Shown one piece after another: positions 1 to 9,887 of a DNA stretch of 64,000 nucleotides. The notes beneath the pieces were generated by a model. It worked only from the letters and a program-made list of their open reading frames with translations, had not been told where the DNA came from and ran no database searches. Made by a program: the position numbers and the translations under genes. Source of the stretch: an uncultured delta proteobacterium (GTDB lineage Bacteria > Myxococcota_A > Polyangia > Polyangiales > JAFGIB01); the NCBI GenBank assembly GCA_963778655.1, contig CAVZVA010000003.1, positions 1 to 64,000 of the forward strand, in the 5' to 3' direction. Numbering within the stretch: the first letter of the stretch is position 1; each line of letters begins with the position of its first letter.

Positions 1-689
1 TCCACCCAGGCGAGCATGCTGGCGTCGCTGCCGAACGGCGCGATCGCGACCTCGCTGCGCTGCGCGAGCGACATGGTGATGCGCTGCGCGGCGTACTTGG
101 TCTTGCCGTCGTAGGGTTGCACCCACAGGTCGCGCTCGTCCTTGCGGGCGTCGACCGTGGCCACCAGCCAGCTCTGGCCGCCGTAGGCGACCGCGGCGTA
201 GTCGATCGTGGAGCAAGGGTCGAGCGCGGTCGAGATGTCGGGCATGCCCAGGCCGCTCGGCCCCTCCAGCTGCGCCAGGTACACCGCATCGGTGCACTGC
301 TTGCTCTGGTCGACGTACGCGACGCCGAAGCGTGAATCGACCAGGTCAACGCCGAGCGCGGCCGGCTCGGGCTGGTGCATCGTGGTGGCCAACCGATAGA
401 GCTTGTTGGTATCGACCGCGCAGCTCTGGTCTGCCAGCTCGGGGGGCGGGTCGCCCGGTATGATGGCGGCTGCATCGTAGGACGGGGATCTCGGCTGCGG
501 CAGCCCGGCCGCGTCGATCTCCGCGCCGCCGTCGAAGTCGTCGCCTGCGTCCTTTGGGCCGATCGACGTGACCTGGGTGCCGTGCTTCTTGCTGCTGCAG
601 CCGACGGCGACAAGCAGCGCGATCGCGGCGAGCGAGCGGGGGAAAAGGCCAAGCGGGCGAAGCGAGGTCGGGTAGACTGACGAACGCAT
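1..689 (-). CDS. Putative lipoprotein, 3' part truncated by window edge
   Basis: Not in the ORF track. Read by hand from ATG at 689 (GGAG just upstream): MRSSVYPTSLRPLGLFPRSLAAIALLVAVGCSSKK..., lipobox-like VAVGC, open to base 1. Confidence 0.7.
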   Translation of the reverse strand, partial: MRSSVYPTSLRPLGLFPRSLAAIALLVAVGCSSKKHGTQVTSIGPKDAGDDFDGGAEIDAAGLPQPRSPSYDAAAIIPGDPPPELADQSCAVDTNKLYRLATTMHQPEPAALGVDLVDSRFGVAYVDQSKQCTDAVYLAQLEGPSGLGMPDISTALDPCSTIDYAAVAYGGQSWLVATVDARKDERDLWVQPYDGKTKYAAQRITMSLAQRSEVAIAPFGSDASMLAWV

Positions 690-787
690 ACGCTCCAAAG
701 ATTCGCATGGGCCTTGGGTCATTTCAATGAGTACACAATTTTGTAGGATAATGTGATCCGACGGCTCCAAAAGGCGAAAAATCGCGC

Positions 788-2197
788 ATGACCGCAGCCC
801 TGGACACGGCGCTGATCGAAATGGAGCGCGCCCTCGGCCAGGGCCGCGTCTTGACCGACCCCGAGCTGCTCGAGAGCTACGCCCGGGACGAGAGCGAGGC
901 GGCGCCGCGGCGTCCCGATGCGGTCGTGCGTACACGCAGCACGCGGGAGGTGGCCGCGGTGATGGCTGCGGCCCACCGCCACCGCGTCCCGGTCACGCCG
1001 CGCGCCGGGGGCACCGGGCGCACCGGCGGCGCCGTCCCACTGGCGGGCGGCATCGTGCTGGCGTTCGAGCAGCACAACCAGATCAAGGGCATCGAGCGCG
1101 ACGACATGATCGCGGTGGTCGAGCCGGGCGTGGTCACAGGTCACCTGCACGCGGCGGTCGAGGAGCAAGCGCTGTTCTACCCGCCCGATCCCAACTCGCT
1201 CTCGACCTGCGCGCTGGGCGGCAACGTGGCCGAGAATGCCGGCGGGCCGCGCGCCCTGCGCTACGGCTGCACCCGCGACTATGTGCTCGGCATGGAGCTG
1301 GTGACCGCCAGCGGGGAGGTGCTGCAGCTCGGCAAGCGCACGGTCAAGGGCGTCACCGGCTACGACCTCACCTCGCTGATCGTGGGCAGCGAGGGCACGC
1401 TCGGCGTGATCACGGAGATCACGCTCAAGCTGATCCCCAAGCCGCAAGCGGTCGGAACGCTGCTGGTGTTGCTGCCCGACCTGATGACCGCGGGTCGCGC
1501 GGTCGGCGCCGCGCTGCGCCGCGGCGTGCTGCCGCGCTGCGTGGAGCTGCTCGACGAGCACACCCTGGCGCTGGTGCGCCCCAGCGCGGGCTTGCCGCTC
1601 GACCCGAAGGCCCGCGCGCTGCTGCTGATCGAGCTCGACGGCGACGAGGTCGCGCTGGAGCGCCAGCTCGAGGCGTGCGGCAACGCGCTCAGCGACGCCG
1701 GTGCGCTCGAGGTGCTGGTGGCGCGCCACGGCGGCGAGCGCGACAAGCTGTGGGCGGCGCGGCGCGAGCTCTCGCACGCCCTGCGGCGCGCCGCCAAGAA
1801 CAAGCTCGCCGAGGACGTGGTGGTTCCACGCAGCCGCATACCGGATCTGCTCGAGCGCTGCCGCGTGATCTCCGAGCAGCAAGGCATCGCCATGCCGGCT
1901 TACGGCCACGCCGGAGACGGCAACATTCACGTCAACTTCCTGTGGGACGACGCCTCGGAGCGGCCGCGCGTGGATCAGGCGATCAAGGCACTGTTCGAGC
2001 AGACGCTCGCGCTCGGCGGCACGCTCAGCGGCGAGCACGGCATCGGCATCCTCAAGGCGCCCTACCTGCCGCTCGAGCAATCGCCTGGCTTGATCGCGCT
2101 GCAAGAGCGGGTCAAGCAGCTGTTCGACCCACAGGGCATCCTCAATCCGGGCAAGATCTTCCCCAGCCACCTGGCGCGCTTCCACGGCGCCTGCTGA
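788..2197 (+). CDS. FAD-linked oxidase, GlcD/D-lactate dehydrogenase family
   Basis: PRAGGTG, YPPDP, LGGNVAENAGG, GSEGTLG, GHAGDGNIH, SGEHGIG and LNPGK motifs. Confidence 0.9.
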   Translation: MTAALDTALIEMERALGQGRVLTDPELLESYARDESEAAPRRPDAVVRTRSTREVAAVMAAAHRHRVPVTPRAGGTGRTGGAVPLAGGIVLAFEQHNQIKGIERDDMIAVVEPGVVTGHLHAAVEEQALFYPPDPNSLSTCALGGNVAENAGGPRALRYGCTRDYVLGMELVTASGEVLQLGKRTVKGVTGYDLTSLIVGSEGTLGVITEITLKLIPKPQAVGTLLVLLPDLMTAGRAVGAALRRGVLPRCVELLDEHTLALVRPSAGLPLDPKARALLLIELDGDEVALERQLEACGNALSDAGALEVLVARHGGERDKLWAARRELSHALRRAAKNKLAEDVVVPRSRIPDLLERCRVISEQQGIAMPAYGHAGDGNIHVNFLWDDASERPRVDQAIKALFEQTLALGGTLSGEHGIGILKAPYLPLEQSPGLIALQERVKQLFDPQGILNPGKIFPSHLARFHGAC

Positions 2198-2319
2198 AGG
2201 CGGGCGCGGCGAGCAGGACGCGACGAAGGCTGCGGCGGGCGGGCGACGCGGCCCGCTCGCTTTGCGCAACGCGACCCGCGTGGTAGTAGGGCCGCAGCAC
2301 CGATACGTAGGAGGGGCGT

Positions 2320-3792
2320 ATGGACGGGGATGGTGGTGTCTCGCTCGGTCGCCGCGCGCTGCTGCTCGGCGCCTCCGCGGCGGCCGGTCTCGCACTCTCG
2401 GGCGCGATTCGACGCTTCGGGCTGCTCGGCGCGAGCCCGTTCTCGGGGCGCGATCACCGGGCTTGCCTCGAGCGTCTGTTCGGCAGCCTGAGCGACAACC
2501 AGCGCAAGCTGGTGTGTTTCCCCTGGGATCACCCGGCGCGCCAGCTGACCAACACGAGCACGATCTTCAAGCACCGGCCGCACCTCGGCACCCTGCTGCG
2601 CGCGGAGCAGCGCGACCTGGTGCAGGCGCTGGTGGCGTCGATGCTGTCGCCGCCCGGACGCCACACGCTCGAGCCAACGATCGCGGTCGACGCCGGAGGC
2701 ATCGACGCCTGCAACCTCGCGATCTACGGCAGCCCGCCGGAAAGGGGCTTTCAGCTCTCGCTCAGCGGCGGCCACTTTCACCTGCGTTCGCCCGGCGCGC
2801 TTCCGGCCGGCGTCGCCTTCGGCGGCGCGATCGCGTACGGCCATCAGGTCGGCAACAAGGAGTTCAAGGTCCCGGGAAATTCCTTTGCCTTCGAGTCTGA
2901 TCTGGCCAACCGCGTCTACGCGCTGCTCGACGCCAAGCAGCGCGCGGCCGCGCGCGTGGCCAAGGACATGGTGGAGTACGTCGTGCAGACGCAAGCCGCC
3001 ACGGGCCGGTTTCCGGGCATCGCGGTCCGCGAGCTGAACGATGAGCAGCAGGCCGCGATCAGGACGCTGCTCGAGGGGATCTTCGCCGCCTATCCCGAGA
3101 GCGCGCAATCGGAAGCCTGGTCGTTCATCGAGCACAACGGCGGGCTCGACGCGCTCCATCTGGCATACTTTGAGCACAAGGGTTTCTACGCGGACGGCAA
3201 GACCTTCGCCGAGCTCGACGCCGGCGAACGCGCCAGTCGGCCCGACCCCTATTTCCAGGTGTGGCGGGTGGAGGGGCCGGGTACGGTCATCCACTTCAAG
3301 GGCTCACCTCACGTGCACGCGTACATCAACATCGCGCGCGACGCCGGGCGCGAGCGAGTCGGCGAAGCCGTGGCGCGCCTCGACACGACCCTGGAAGGCG
3401 AAGCGCTGCGCAGGCTGATCGACGTCGCGCTCGCGCGGCAGACCGGGACCCGCTTCGGCTACGGCGGCGAAGAGGTGGCGGCGCGCCTTTGCCCCGGGGA
3501 GGTGACCACCGGCGCACTGTGGAATCTCGACCCGCACGACGACGAGGTGGTCGTCGCCACGATCCGCGCCGGCGCGATGGCGCCCTCGCTGCGGGCCGCA
3601 CTGCAGAAGCAAGGCATGCAGGCGTCGCCGGGACAGCCGCTGCGGGTGGCCACACGCGGTTTCTACGCGACCTTCGGCCGGGAGCTCGGACGCGCGCAAC
3701 GCTTCGAGCGCACGGGTATGTCGATGCGCGAGCTGATGGTCGAGTACGTGCGCAAGCACGGGCTCGGAATCGCACGCGTCGGAGGTGCGTGA
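2320..3792 (+). CDS. Tat-exported DUF3500-like protein with a C-terminal extension resembling the 5'-nucleotidase C-domain
   Basis: N-terminal GRRALL twin-arginine motif. DUF3500-type GGHFHL and WRVEGP...PHVH segments. C-terminal GEVTTGALWNLDP...LRVAT...RELMVEYV pattern. Confidence 0.65.
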   Translation: MDGDGGVSLGRRALLLGASAAAGLALSGAIRRFGLLGASPFSGRDHRACLERLFGSLSDNQRKLVCFPWDHPARQLTNTSTIFKHRPHLGTLLRAEQRDLVQALVASMLSPPGRHTLEPTIAVDAGGIDACNLAIYGSPPERGFQLSLSGGHFHLRSPGALPAGVAFGGAIAYGHQVGNKEFKVPGNSFAFESDLANRVYALLDAKQRAAARVAKDMVEYVVQTQAATGRFPGIAVRELNDEQQAAIRTLLEGIFAAYPESAQSEAWSFIEHNGGLDALHLAYFEHKGFYADGKTFAELDAGERASRPDPYFQVWRVEGPGTVIHFKGSPHVHAYINIARDAGRERVGEAVARLDTTLEGEALRRLIDVALARQTGTRFGYGGEEVAARLCPGEVTTGALWNLDPHDDEVVVATIRAGAMAPSLRAALQKQGMQASPGQPLRVATRGFYATFGRELGRAQRFERTGMSMRELMVEYVRKHGLGIARVGGA

Positions 3793-4799
3793 TGGAGCGC
3801 GTGAGGCCGACCGAGCGCGCGCTGCCCGCGATCACGGCCGCGCTGGCCGTCGCGGCGCTGCTCGCCGCGGCCGCGAGCGCATTCCGCTTGCGGGCGGCCG
3901 AGGCGCTCGGCTTCGGACTGACGATCGCGGGCCCGCGCCTGTTGCTGACCGCAACGGTGGGCGCGGGACTGGCGGCGTCCGCATTACTCGCGCGCCGGCG
4001 CGGGCGCGATCTGCTGCAACGTGAGCTGTGGCTGTTCGGGGCCTCGGCCGGAGGCGGCTTCGGCGGCGCGCTGTGGACGGCGCGCTTCGGCCCTGCCGCT
4101 GCGGTGCTCGGCTCGCTCTTGGGTGCCGCGTTGCTCGCAGCCGCGCTGCACGGGCTGCGTCGCCTGCCGCGCGCGTGGCTGTTTCTGTTCGGGCTGGCCT
4201 ATGCGGGAAGCTGCTATCTGTGCGTATACGGATCGACCTACGCGCGGGGCTCGCTCGACGCGGCGCGCGCCCGGCTCGCGTGGTGGGGCGGAGACTTCTC
4301 GTACGCGACCTGGCCCGGCGCCTGCGCGTTCGCCGCCGCCGTGCTCTTGCTGTTGTCGGTCGCCGCCGCGAGCGCGGCCGCGGGCCGCGCGGGCACCCGA
4401 GCCACGCTGGACATGCTGCTGCTCGGCCTGGCGGTCGGAGCGGGCGGGCCGATCGCGTTCGTCGGCATCTCCGGCGCGGGCCTGGCTACGTTCGCGGCCA
4501 AGCAGCTCGGCGCCGGGCGACAGCTCGCGCTCGCCGCGCTCATCGGTGCCGGCGGGCTGACCCTGGCCGACGCGCTGCAGCGCAAGTTGCTGGGCGGCTA
4601 CGCGTTCGCGCCGGGCTCGCTCACGTCGTTCGTCGCGTTTCCGTTCGTGTACTTCGCATGCGTGCGGGCGAAGCAACACAGCGAGGGTCGCTCGCGGCGT
4701 TGGCTCGGCGCGGTCGAAGCGGTCGGCGTGCTCGCGATCGTGACCCTGGGCTACCTGTTCGTGGCCTTCATCGCCGTGCTCATCGACGGCTTCGCCTGA
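3792..4799 (+). CDS. Integral membrane protein, divergent FecCD/BtuC-type ABC permease
   Basis: ATG overlaps the upstream TGA. Multiple hydrophobic segments; PRLLL..VGAGLA, GPIAFVG and LIGA..LTLADAL motifs typical of FecCD. Confidence 0.6.
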   Translation: MERVRPTERALPAITAALAVAALLAAAASAFRLRAAEALGFGLTIAGPRLLLTATVGAGLAASALLARRRGRDLLQRELWLFGASAGGGFGGALWTARFGPAAAVLGSLLGAALLAAALHGLRRLPRAWLFLFGLAYAGSCYLCVYGSTYARGSLDAARARLAWWGGDFSYATWPGACAFAAAVLLLLSVAAASAAAGRAGTRATLDMLLLGLAVGAGGPIAFVGISGAGLATFAAKQLGAGRQLALAALIGAGGLTLADALQRKLLGGYAFAPGSLTSFVAFPFVYFACVRAKQHSEGRSRRWLGAVEAVGVLAIVTLGYLFVAFIAVLIDGFA

Positions 4800-4843
4800 C
4801 CCGCCCCGGCGGCGGGCGACCTCAGCCGCTTGCCGGCGCCCCG

Positions 4844-5134
4844 CTACTTGTCGGCATCGAGCTCTTTTTCGAGCGCGTCGAGCTGGGCACGGAAGTTCTC
4901 CGCGGTGATGGTCTGGGCCGCCTCTTGATCGAAGTCCGCGGTCAGCGGCACCTCGTCGGCGGTCGGGTCGGGCTGCTCGGCCGGCTTGGCGGCGGGCGCG
5001 GCGGGCGCCGCGGCGGGCGCAGGCGTGGCGGCCGGCTCGGGCGCGGGCGTGCTCTCGGGCTGCTTGGCCGAGGAGCAGGCGGCCAGCGCGAGCGCGGCCG
5101 CGCAGGCGCGATGCAAGAGCCGCGCGCGGCTCAC
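4844..5134 (-). CDS. Small Pro/Ala-rich lipoprotein
   Basis: GTG overlaps the stop of the upstream gene (GTGA); lipobox LAAC; acidic helical C-terminus. Confidence 0.7.
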   Translation of the reverse strand: MSRARLLHRACAAALALAACSSAKQPESTPAPEPAATPAPAAAPAAPAAKPAEQPDPTADEVPLTADFDQEAAQTITAENFRAQLDALEKELDADK

Positions 5135-5949
5135 GGCGGCGCCTCCGGCTCTTCCTCGTCCTCGGGCTCCTGGTCGCCTGGATCGTCGACCTCGTCGTTC
5201 TTGTCGGCCGCGGCGGTGGCGGCGCGCGGCGCTGGCGGCCACAGCTTGGCGAGCGCGGCGCGGTGGCGTGCCAGCTCGCGCGCGAACAGCTTGTCGGTGC
5301 GGGCCGCGGATGCCTGGTCTTTCTGCCCGATCGCGAGCGTGCGAATGCGCTGCAGCCGGGCCATGCGCTGCGCGTGCTTGCGCAGCTCGGCACGCACGGG
5401 AACCGGTACGTCGTCCGGGCGCTCGTCGGCATGACCCAGCGAGCGCCACAGCGCGCGGCGCGCGGCGCGCAGCTGCTCGGCGCTCGGCGGCTTCCCGGGC
5501 TCACCGCCTGAGGCTTCGGCACCACGCGCGGCGGCGGCCTGGGCGCCCGGCGTGCCCTCGGGCGGCCCTCTGTGGTGCGCGCGCCCGGCCTCGGCGCCGG
5601 CGGCCTGTGCGGCGGGCGCGCCCGGCTTGGCCGCGCCGTGCGTGTGCCCGTGCGCGCCGTGCTCACCGTGCGCGGCGGCGGCCTGCGCACCCGGCGTTCC
5701 CTCGCGCGGCGCTGACCTGCCGGTCCGCCCAGGCGCTGCCTGCTTGGCGTGCGCGGCTCCGGGCGCCTCGGCCGCCACCCGCGCCGCCGCGATGATCACG
5801 CACAGCAGGCTGGCCGCGGCCAGCCAGGCCGCGTTCCCGCTCGTCGTGCGCTGTGGCATGGCTCGCATCCGCGATCCCTCGTGCGCCGCCGCATGGTCGC
5901 AGCGCGCGGCCGCAGCCGCAAGCGGGGTGCGAGCCGTCGCCACGCTCAC
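5131..5949 (-). CDS. Hypothetical exported protein (start uncertain)
   Basis: GTGA overlap with the kinase stop; hydrophobic segment WLAAASLLCVIIAA; EGTPGAQAAAA occurs twice; acidic tail. Confidence 0.55.
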   Translation of the reverse strand: MSVATARTPLAAAAARCDHAAAHEGSRMRAMPQRTTSGNAAWLAAASLLCVIIAAARVAAEAPGAAHAKQAAPGRTGRSAPREGTPGAQAAAAHGEHGAHGHTHGAAKPGAPAAQAAGAEAGRAHHRGPPEGTPGAQAAAARGAEASGGEPGKPPSAEQLRAARRALWRSLGHADERPDDVPVPVRAELRKHAQRMARLQRIRTLAIGQKDQASAARTDKLFARELARHRAALAKLWPPAPRAATAAADKNDEVDDPGDQEPEDEEEPEAPP

Positions 5950-7802
5950 GGCGACGCCCGGCCCGGACCTGCGCCGCCCGCGGCGGCAGGCGAAAGCCCC
6001 ACCGCGCCCGCGGGCGCGCGCTCCGGTACGGGCGCAGGCGCGGGCAAAGCCTGCGGCCGGGGTGCGGCGCGCAGATCGCGCATCTGCCCGCGCAGAACGC
6101 CAACCTCGCCTTTGAGCGCATCGTAGGCGGCACGCAGCTCGGCGCGCTCGGCGCGTTGCAGCTCGAGCTGCTTTTGGGTCGAGCCCAGCTCGGCCTCGAT
6201 CCGATCGCGCTGTCGCGCCAGGTCGTTGCGCTGCGCCAGCATGGCGTTGCGGTCCTGCTCCAGCGCCTCGCCCTTGCGCACCAGCTCGTCGCGCTGGTGC
6301 ACCAGGCCGTCGCGCTCGGCGCTCAGCGCGTCGCGCTGCTGGGTCAGCTCCTGGCGCTCGGCCAGCAGGCGATCGCGGGTGGCCGACAGCTCGTCACGCT
6401 GGCGGCTGAGCGCGTCGCGCTCGGCGCCGAAAGCGTCGCGCTCGTCGCTGACCTTGCGCAGCTTCCGGGCCAGCGAATCGCCGCGCTCCTCGGCTTTGGT
6501 GAGCTGGGCGTCGATGCGCCGCGCGATCGCAATCGCGCGCTGCAGCTGCTGGCTCTGCGAGCCGATCTGCTGGCTCTTCTGCTCGAGCTGCTGCAGCTGG
6601 TCGGTCGATTGCTTGCGCAACTCGGCGCTCTGTTGGATTTGCTGCGAGAGGCGCTGGCGCTCCGCGGTGAGCAGGGTCTTCTGCTTGCGTACCTGCAGCA
6701 GCAGCACCGCCACCAGCGCGCCGGCGACCGCCAGGATCGGCACCACGCGCCGCAGCACCCGCAAGCGCGCTTCGCGGCGCTCCTCCGGCTCGGTCAGCAG
6801 CGAGAGCTCCTGGGCGAGCTCGGCGGCGCTGGGGCGCTGCGCGGGATCGAGGTTGAGCCAGCGCGCGAACGCCGGTCGCAGATAGCGCAGCTCGCGCCGC
6901 TGCAGCTGGGGAATCGGCTCGGTTGCACGCCGATGCAGCAACGCCATCAGCTCGCCGCGCGTGGACGGAGCGCTCTCGGGCTCGAGCAGATTGCGCAGCA
7001 CCAGCGCCAGCGAGAACACGTCGGCCGCGGCGCCCACCGTCTGCTCGCGATTGCCGAGCGCTGCGGCGGCGGTCTCCGGCGCGGCGTATTCGACGGTCAG
7101 GCCCTTGGGCGTCTCGCCGCGCTTGCTGGCGATGCCTAGATCGAGCAGGACCGGCAGCCCGCCGGAGAAGCCGGCGATGTCCGCCACGAACACGTTCTCG
7201 GGCTTGATGTCGTGGTGGTAGATGCCGACCGCGTGCATGGCGGCCAGGCCCTGCGCGATGCGCTCGAAGATCTTGCGCGCGACCGCGCGGCTCATCGGAC
7301 GCGGGCCGGCGGCGTCGGTGTAGCGCTTGTCCAAGGTCTCGCCGCGGTGCCACGGCATCGCGAACCACAGCCGGCCCGCGTGCCAGCCGTAGTCCTTGAA
7401 CTGCACCACCGAGGGGTGGCTGACCGACGCGATCAGGGTCAGCTCGCGCAGCGCGGTCTCGCGGGCTTGCTCGTCCTTGGCGGGGGCGTGCAGCAGCTTG
7501 AGCGCGACCTGGTGGTGGCGGATCTGGCGATCGGAGGCTCTGTAGACCGCGCCGAAGCCGCCGCCGCTGATGTGCTGCTCGATCACGTACCGCTCGCCGA
7601 CGATCTCGCCCAGCCGCAGCGGTGCCGGCGGCGGGGCCTGCGAGCCGGCCTCGAGCGTGCACGCGTAACCGCTGACCTCTGCCAGCACGGACGCGCGAGC
7701 GCCGCTGATCTCGGAGCGCGTGGCGGCCGCGGGCGGCTTCCACTGCGGAAGCGTACACACCGGCTCGATCAGTCGCCTTGCCCCGTCCGCTGGCTGCGTC
7801 AC
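5946..7802 (-). CDS. Hanks-type Ser/Thr kinase with TM helix and long coiled coil
   Basis: GGGFGAVY, VALK, HHDIKPEN, DLG, YAAPE and DVFSL motifs; TM segment VVPILAVAGALVAVLLL; heptad repeats follow. Confidence 0.9.
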   Translation of the reverse strand: MTQPADGARRLIEPVCTLPQWKPPAAATRSEISGARASVLAEVSGYACTLEAGSQAPPPAPLRLGEIVGERYVIEQHISGGGFGAVYRASDRQIRHHQVALKLLHAPAKDEQARETALRELTLIASVSHPSVVQFKDYGWHAGRLWFAMPWHRGETLDKRYTDAAGPRPMSRAVARKIFERIAQGLAAMHAVGIYHHDIKPENVFVADIAGFSGGLPVLLDLGIASKRGETPKGLTVEYAAPETAAAALGNREQTVGAAADVFSLALVLRNLLEPESAPSTRGELMALLHRRATEPIPQLQRRELRYLRPAFARWLNLDPAQRPSAAELAQELSLLTEPEERREARLRVLRRVVPILAVAGALVAVLLLQVRKQKTLLTAERQRLSQQIQQSAELRKQSTDQLQQLEQKSQQIGSQSQQLQRAIAIARRIDAQLTKAEERGDSLARKLRKVSDERDAFGAERDALSRQRDELSATRDRLLAERQELTQQRDALSAERDGLVHQRDELVRKGEALEQDRNAMLAQRNDLARQRDRIEAELGSTQKQLELQRAERAELRAAYDALKGEVGVLRGQMRDLRAAPRPQALPAPAPVPERAPAGAVGLSPAAAGGAGPGRASP

Positions 7803-7934
7803 TGCCGCGCTCCTCGCCGTCAGTATCTCCCCATCCCGGGACGAATTGCACGGTTTTGGATCGCGCGTTGGGGGGACACTACCCCCGTGTTTGCGGGACG
7901 CGCGAGCGGCTACCTGGAGAGGACAGCACGGCGA

Positions 7935-9887
7935 TCACTCCGGTTGCGTGTCGGGAGCGGGCGCGCCCGGGGCGCCATTGCCGGCGCCGCGCACCCAGGT
8001 CGCGTACATCTCGGCGTAGCGCCCACCCTTGCGCAGCAGCTCGTCATGGCTGCCGATCTCCACCAGCTTGCCGCCGTCGATCACGCCGATGCGGCTGGCG
8101 CGACGCGCGGTCGCCAGGCGGTGGGCGATCACGATCGCGGTGCGCCCGCCGAGCACATGGTCGAGCGCGCGCTCGATGCGCGCCTCGGACTGCATGTCCA
8201 CGTTGGAGGTGGCCTCGTCGAGCACCAGCACGCGCGGCCGCGCGAGCATGGCGCGCGCCAGTGCGATCAGCTGGCGCTCACCGGCCGACAGCGACGCGCC
8301 GCGCTCGAAGCAGGGCGCATCCAGGCCCTGCGGCAACCGCGCCACCACCTCGTCGAGCCCGACCGCGCGGCAGGCATCGCTCAGCTCTTGCTCGCTCGCG
8401 TCGGGCTTGCCGAAGGTTACGTTGTCACGGATCGAGCCGTGGAACAGAAACGGCTCTTGCGGCACCACTCCGAGCTGGCTGCGCAACGACTCGAGCGTGA
8501 CCCGGCGCAGGTCGTGGCCGTCGACCAGCACGCTGCCCTGCTGCGGGTCGTAGAAGCGGGTGATCAACTTCGCGATGGTGGATTTGCCCGCCCCGGTCGG
8601 CCCCACCAGCGCCAGGATCTCCCCCGGCTGCACCTGCAGGCTAACGTCCTGCAGCACAAGCGCGCCGGACCCGTAGCCGAAGTCCACGTGGCGTAGCTCG
8701 ATCCGGCCCTCGATCGGCGGCAGCGGCAGCGCGTCGCTTGCCTGCTCCACGCTCGGGTGCGTGCCCAGCAGCTCGCGCAGCTTGCGCACCGCGGCCTGGC
8801 CCGACTGGTAAGTGCTGTAGAGCTGGACCAGCTGCTGGATCGGCGCGAAGAACGCAGAGAGATAGAGCAGGAAGGCGGTTAGCCCGCCCAGCGTCAGCTG
8901 GTGCGCGAGCACCATGCGCCCGCCGATCAGCAGGATCGCGAGCTGGCCGATCACCCCGATCACCTCGCTCGCGGGGGTGTAGAGCGCGCCGATGCCGGCG
9001 GTCGCCAGGTTCGCCTGGTAGTAGTCGCCGACCACGTTGCGGTGGTGAATCGCATTGTGCGTGCGGCGATTGAACGCCGCGATCAGGCGGATGCCGGCCA
9101 GGCTCTCGGACAGGTCGCTGAGCACGTCGGCGATGCGGTCGCGGACCTGTCCGTAACAGCGGTCGGACGCGCGCGTGTACCAGTAGGTCATGCCCACCAT
9201 GCCGGGCACCACCAGCACCAGCATGATCAGGGTGAGCTGCACGTTCATCGAGAGCAGCACGGCGGTGATCACGACCAGCGTCAGGGCCTGCACCATCAAG
9301 TCGACCAGGCCGTCCTGAAACAAGTTGGACAACGACTCGATGTCGCTGGTCATGCGCGTCATCAGGCGGCCGGCGCGCTCCTCGGTGTAGAAGTCGAGCG
9401 AGAGCCGCTGCAAGTGCGCGAACACGCGCAGGCGCAACTCGTACATCAAGCTCTGGCCGAGCGTGCCGGTGTAGCGGATGCGCCCGTAGCTGGCGAAGAT
9501 GCTGAGCGCGATCGCCACGAGGTAGGCCGCGAACGCCCACACCAGCACGTGGAAGCGGTGCGCCAGAATGCCGTGGTCGATCGCCCACGCCAGCAGCCGG
9601 GGCCCGGCCTGGCTGGCCGCGGTGGCGACCACCACCAGCAGCAACGCGACCAGCAGGCCGCCGCGGTGCGGGGCCAGGAAGCGAAACAGCGTGAACGGCT
9701 CGCGGTCGAAGGCGTCGGGGCGGAAGTCGACCCCGGGCTCGGGGTGGACGGGCTCGCGGGCCTCGATCTTCTTCACGCCGGCCAGCAGCTCGGGCGGGAT
9801 GCCGGCGAACGGCAGGCCGGCGGCGCGGCTGGTCTGGGCCGAGCTCTGGCCGGCGAAGGGCGAGCCTGCGGGCGGGCCGAAGCTCAT
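7935..9887 (-). CDS. ABC exporter, fused TMD-NBD (heterodimer partner 2)
   Basis: N-terminal TM domain; GPTGAGKST, LSAGERQ and LVLDEATS motifs. Confidence 0.92.
   Translation of the reverse strand: MSFGPPAGSPFAGQSSAQTSRAAGLPFAGIPPELLAGVKKIEAREPVHPEPGVDFRPDAFDREPFTLFRFLAPHRGGLLVALLLVVVATAASQAGPRLLAWAIDHGILAHRFHVLVWAFAAYLVAIALSIFASYGRIRYTGTLGQSLMYELRLRVFAHLQRLSLDFYTEERAGRLMTRMTSDIESLSNLFQDGLVDLMVQALTLVVITAVLLSMNVQLTLIMLVLVVPGMVGMTYWYTRASDRCYGQVRDRIADVLSDLSESLAGIRLIAAFNRRTHNAIHHRNVVGDYYQANLATAGIGALYTPASEVIGVIGQLAILLIGGRMVLAHQLTLGGLTAFLLYLSAFFAPIQQLVQLYSTYQSGQAAVRKLRELLGTHPSVEQASDALPLPPIEGRIELRHVDFGYGSGALVLQDVSLQVQPGEILALVGPTGAGKSTIAKLITRFYDPQQGSVLVDGHDLRRVTLESLRSQLGVVPQEPFLFHGSIRDNVTFGKPDASEQELSDACRAVGLDEVVARLPQGLDAPCFERGASLSAGERQLIALARAMLARPRVLVLDEATSNVDMQSEARIERALDHVLGGRTAIVIAHRLATARRASRIGVIDGGKLVEIGSHDELLRKGGRYAEMYATWVRGAGNGAPGAPAPDTQPE

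Noticed and set aside
719..2395. Long antisense and alternate-frame ORFs (this one and many others, e.g. 18868-20631, 30589-32652, 40383-42656)
   Set aside because: Shadow ORFs expected in high-GC DNA; they lie opposite well-supported genes and lack recognisable motifs.
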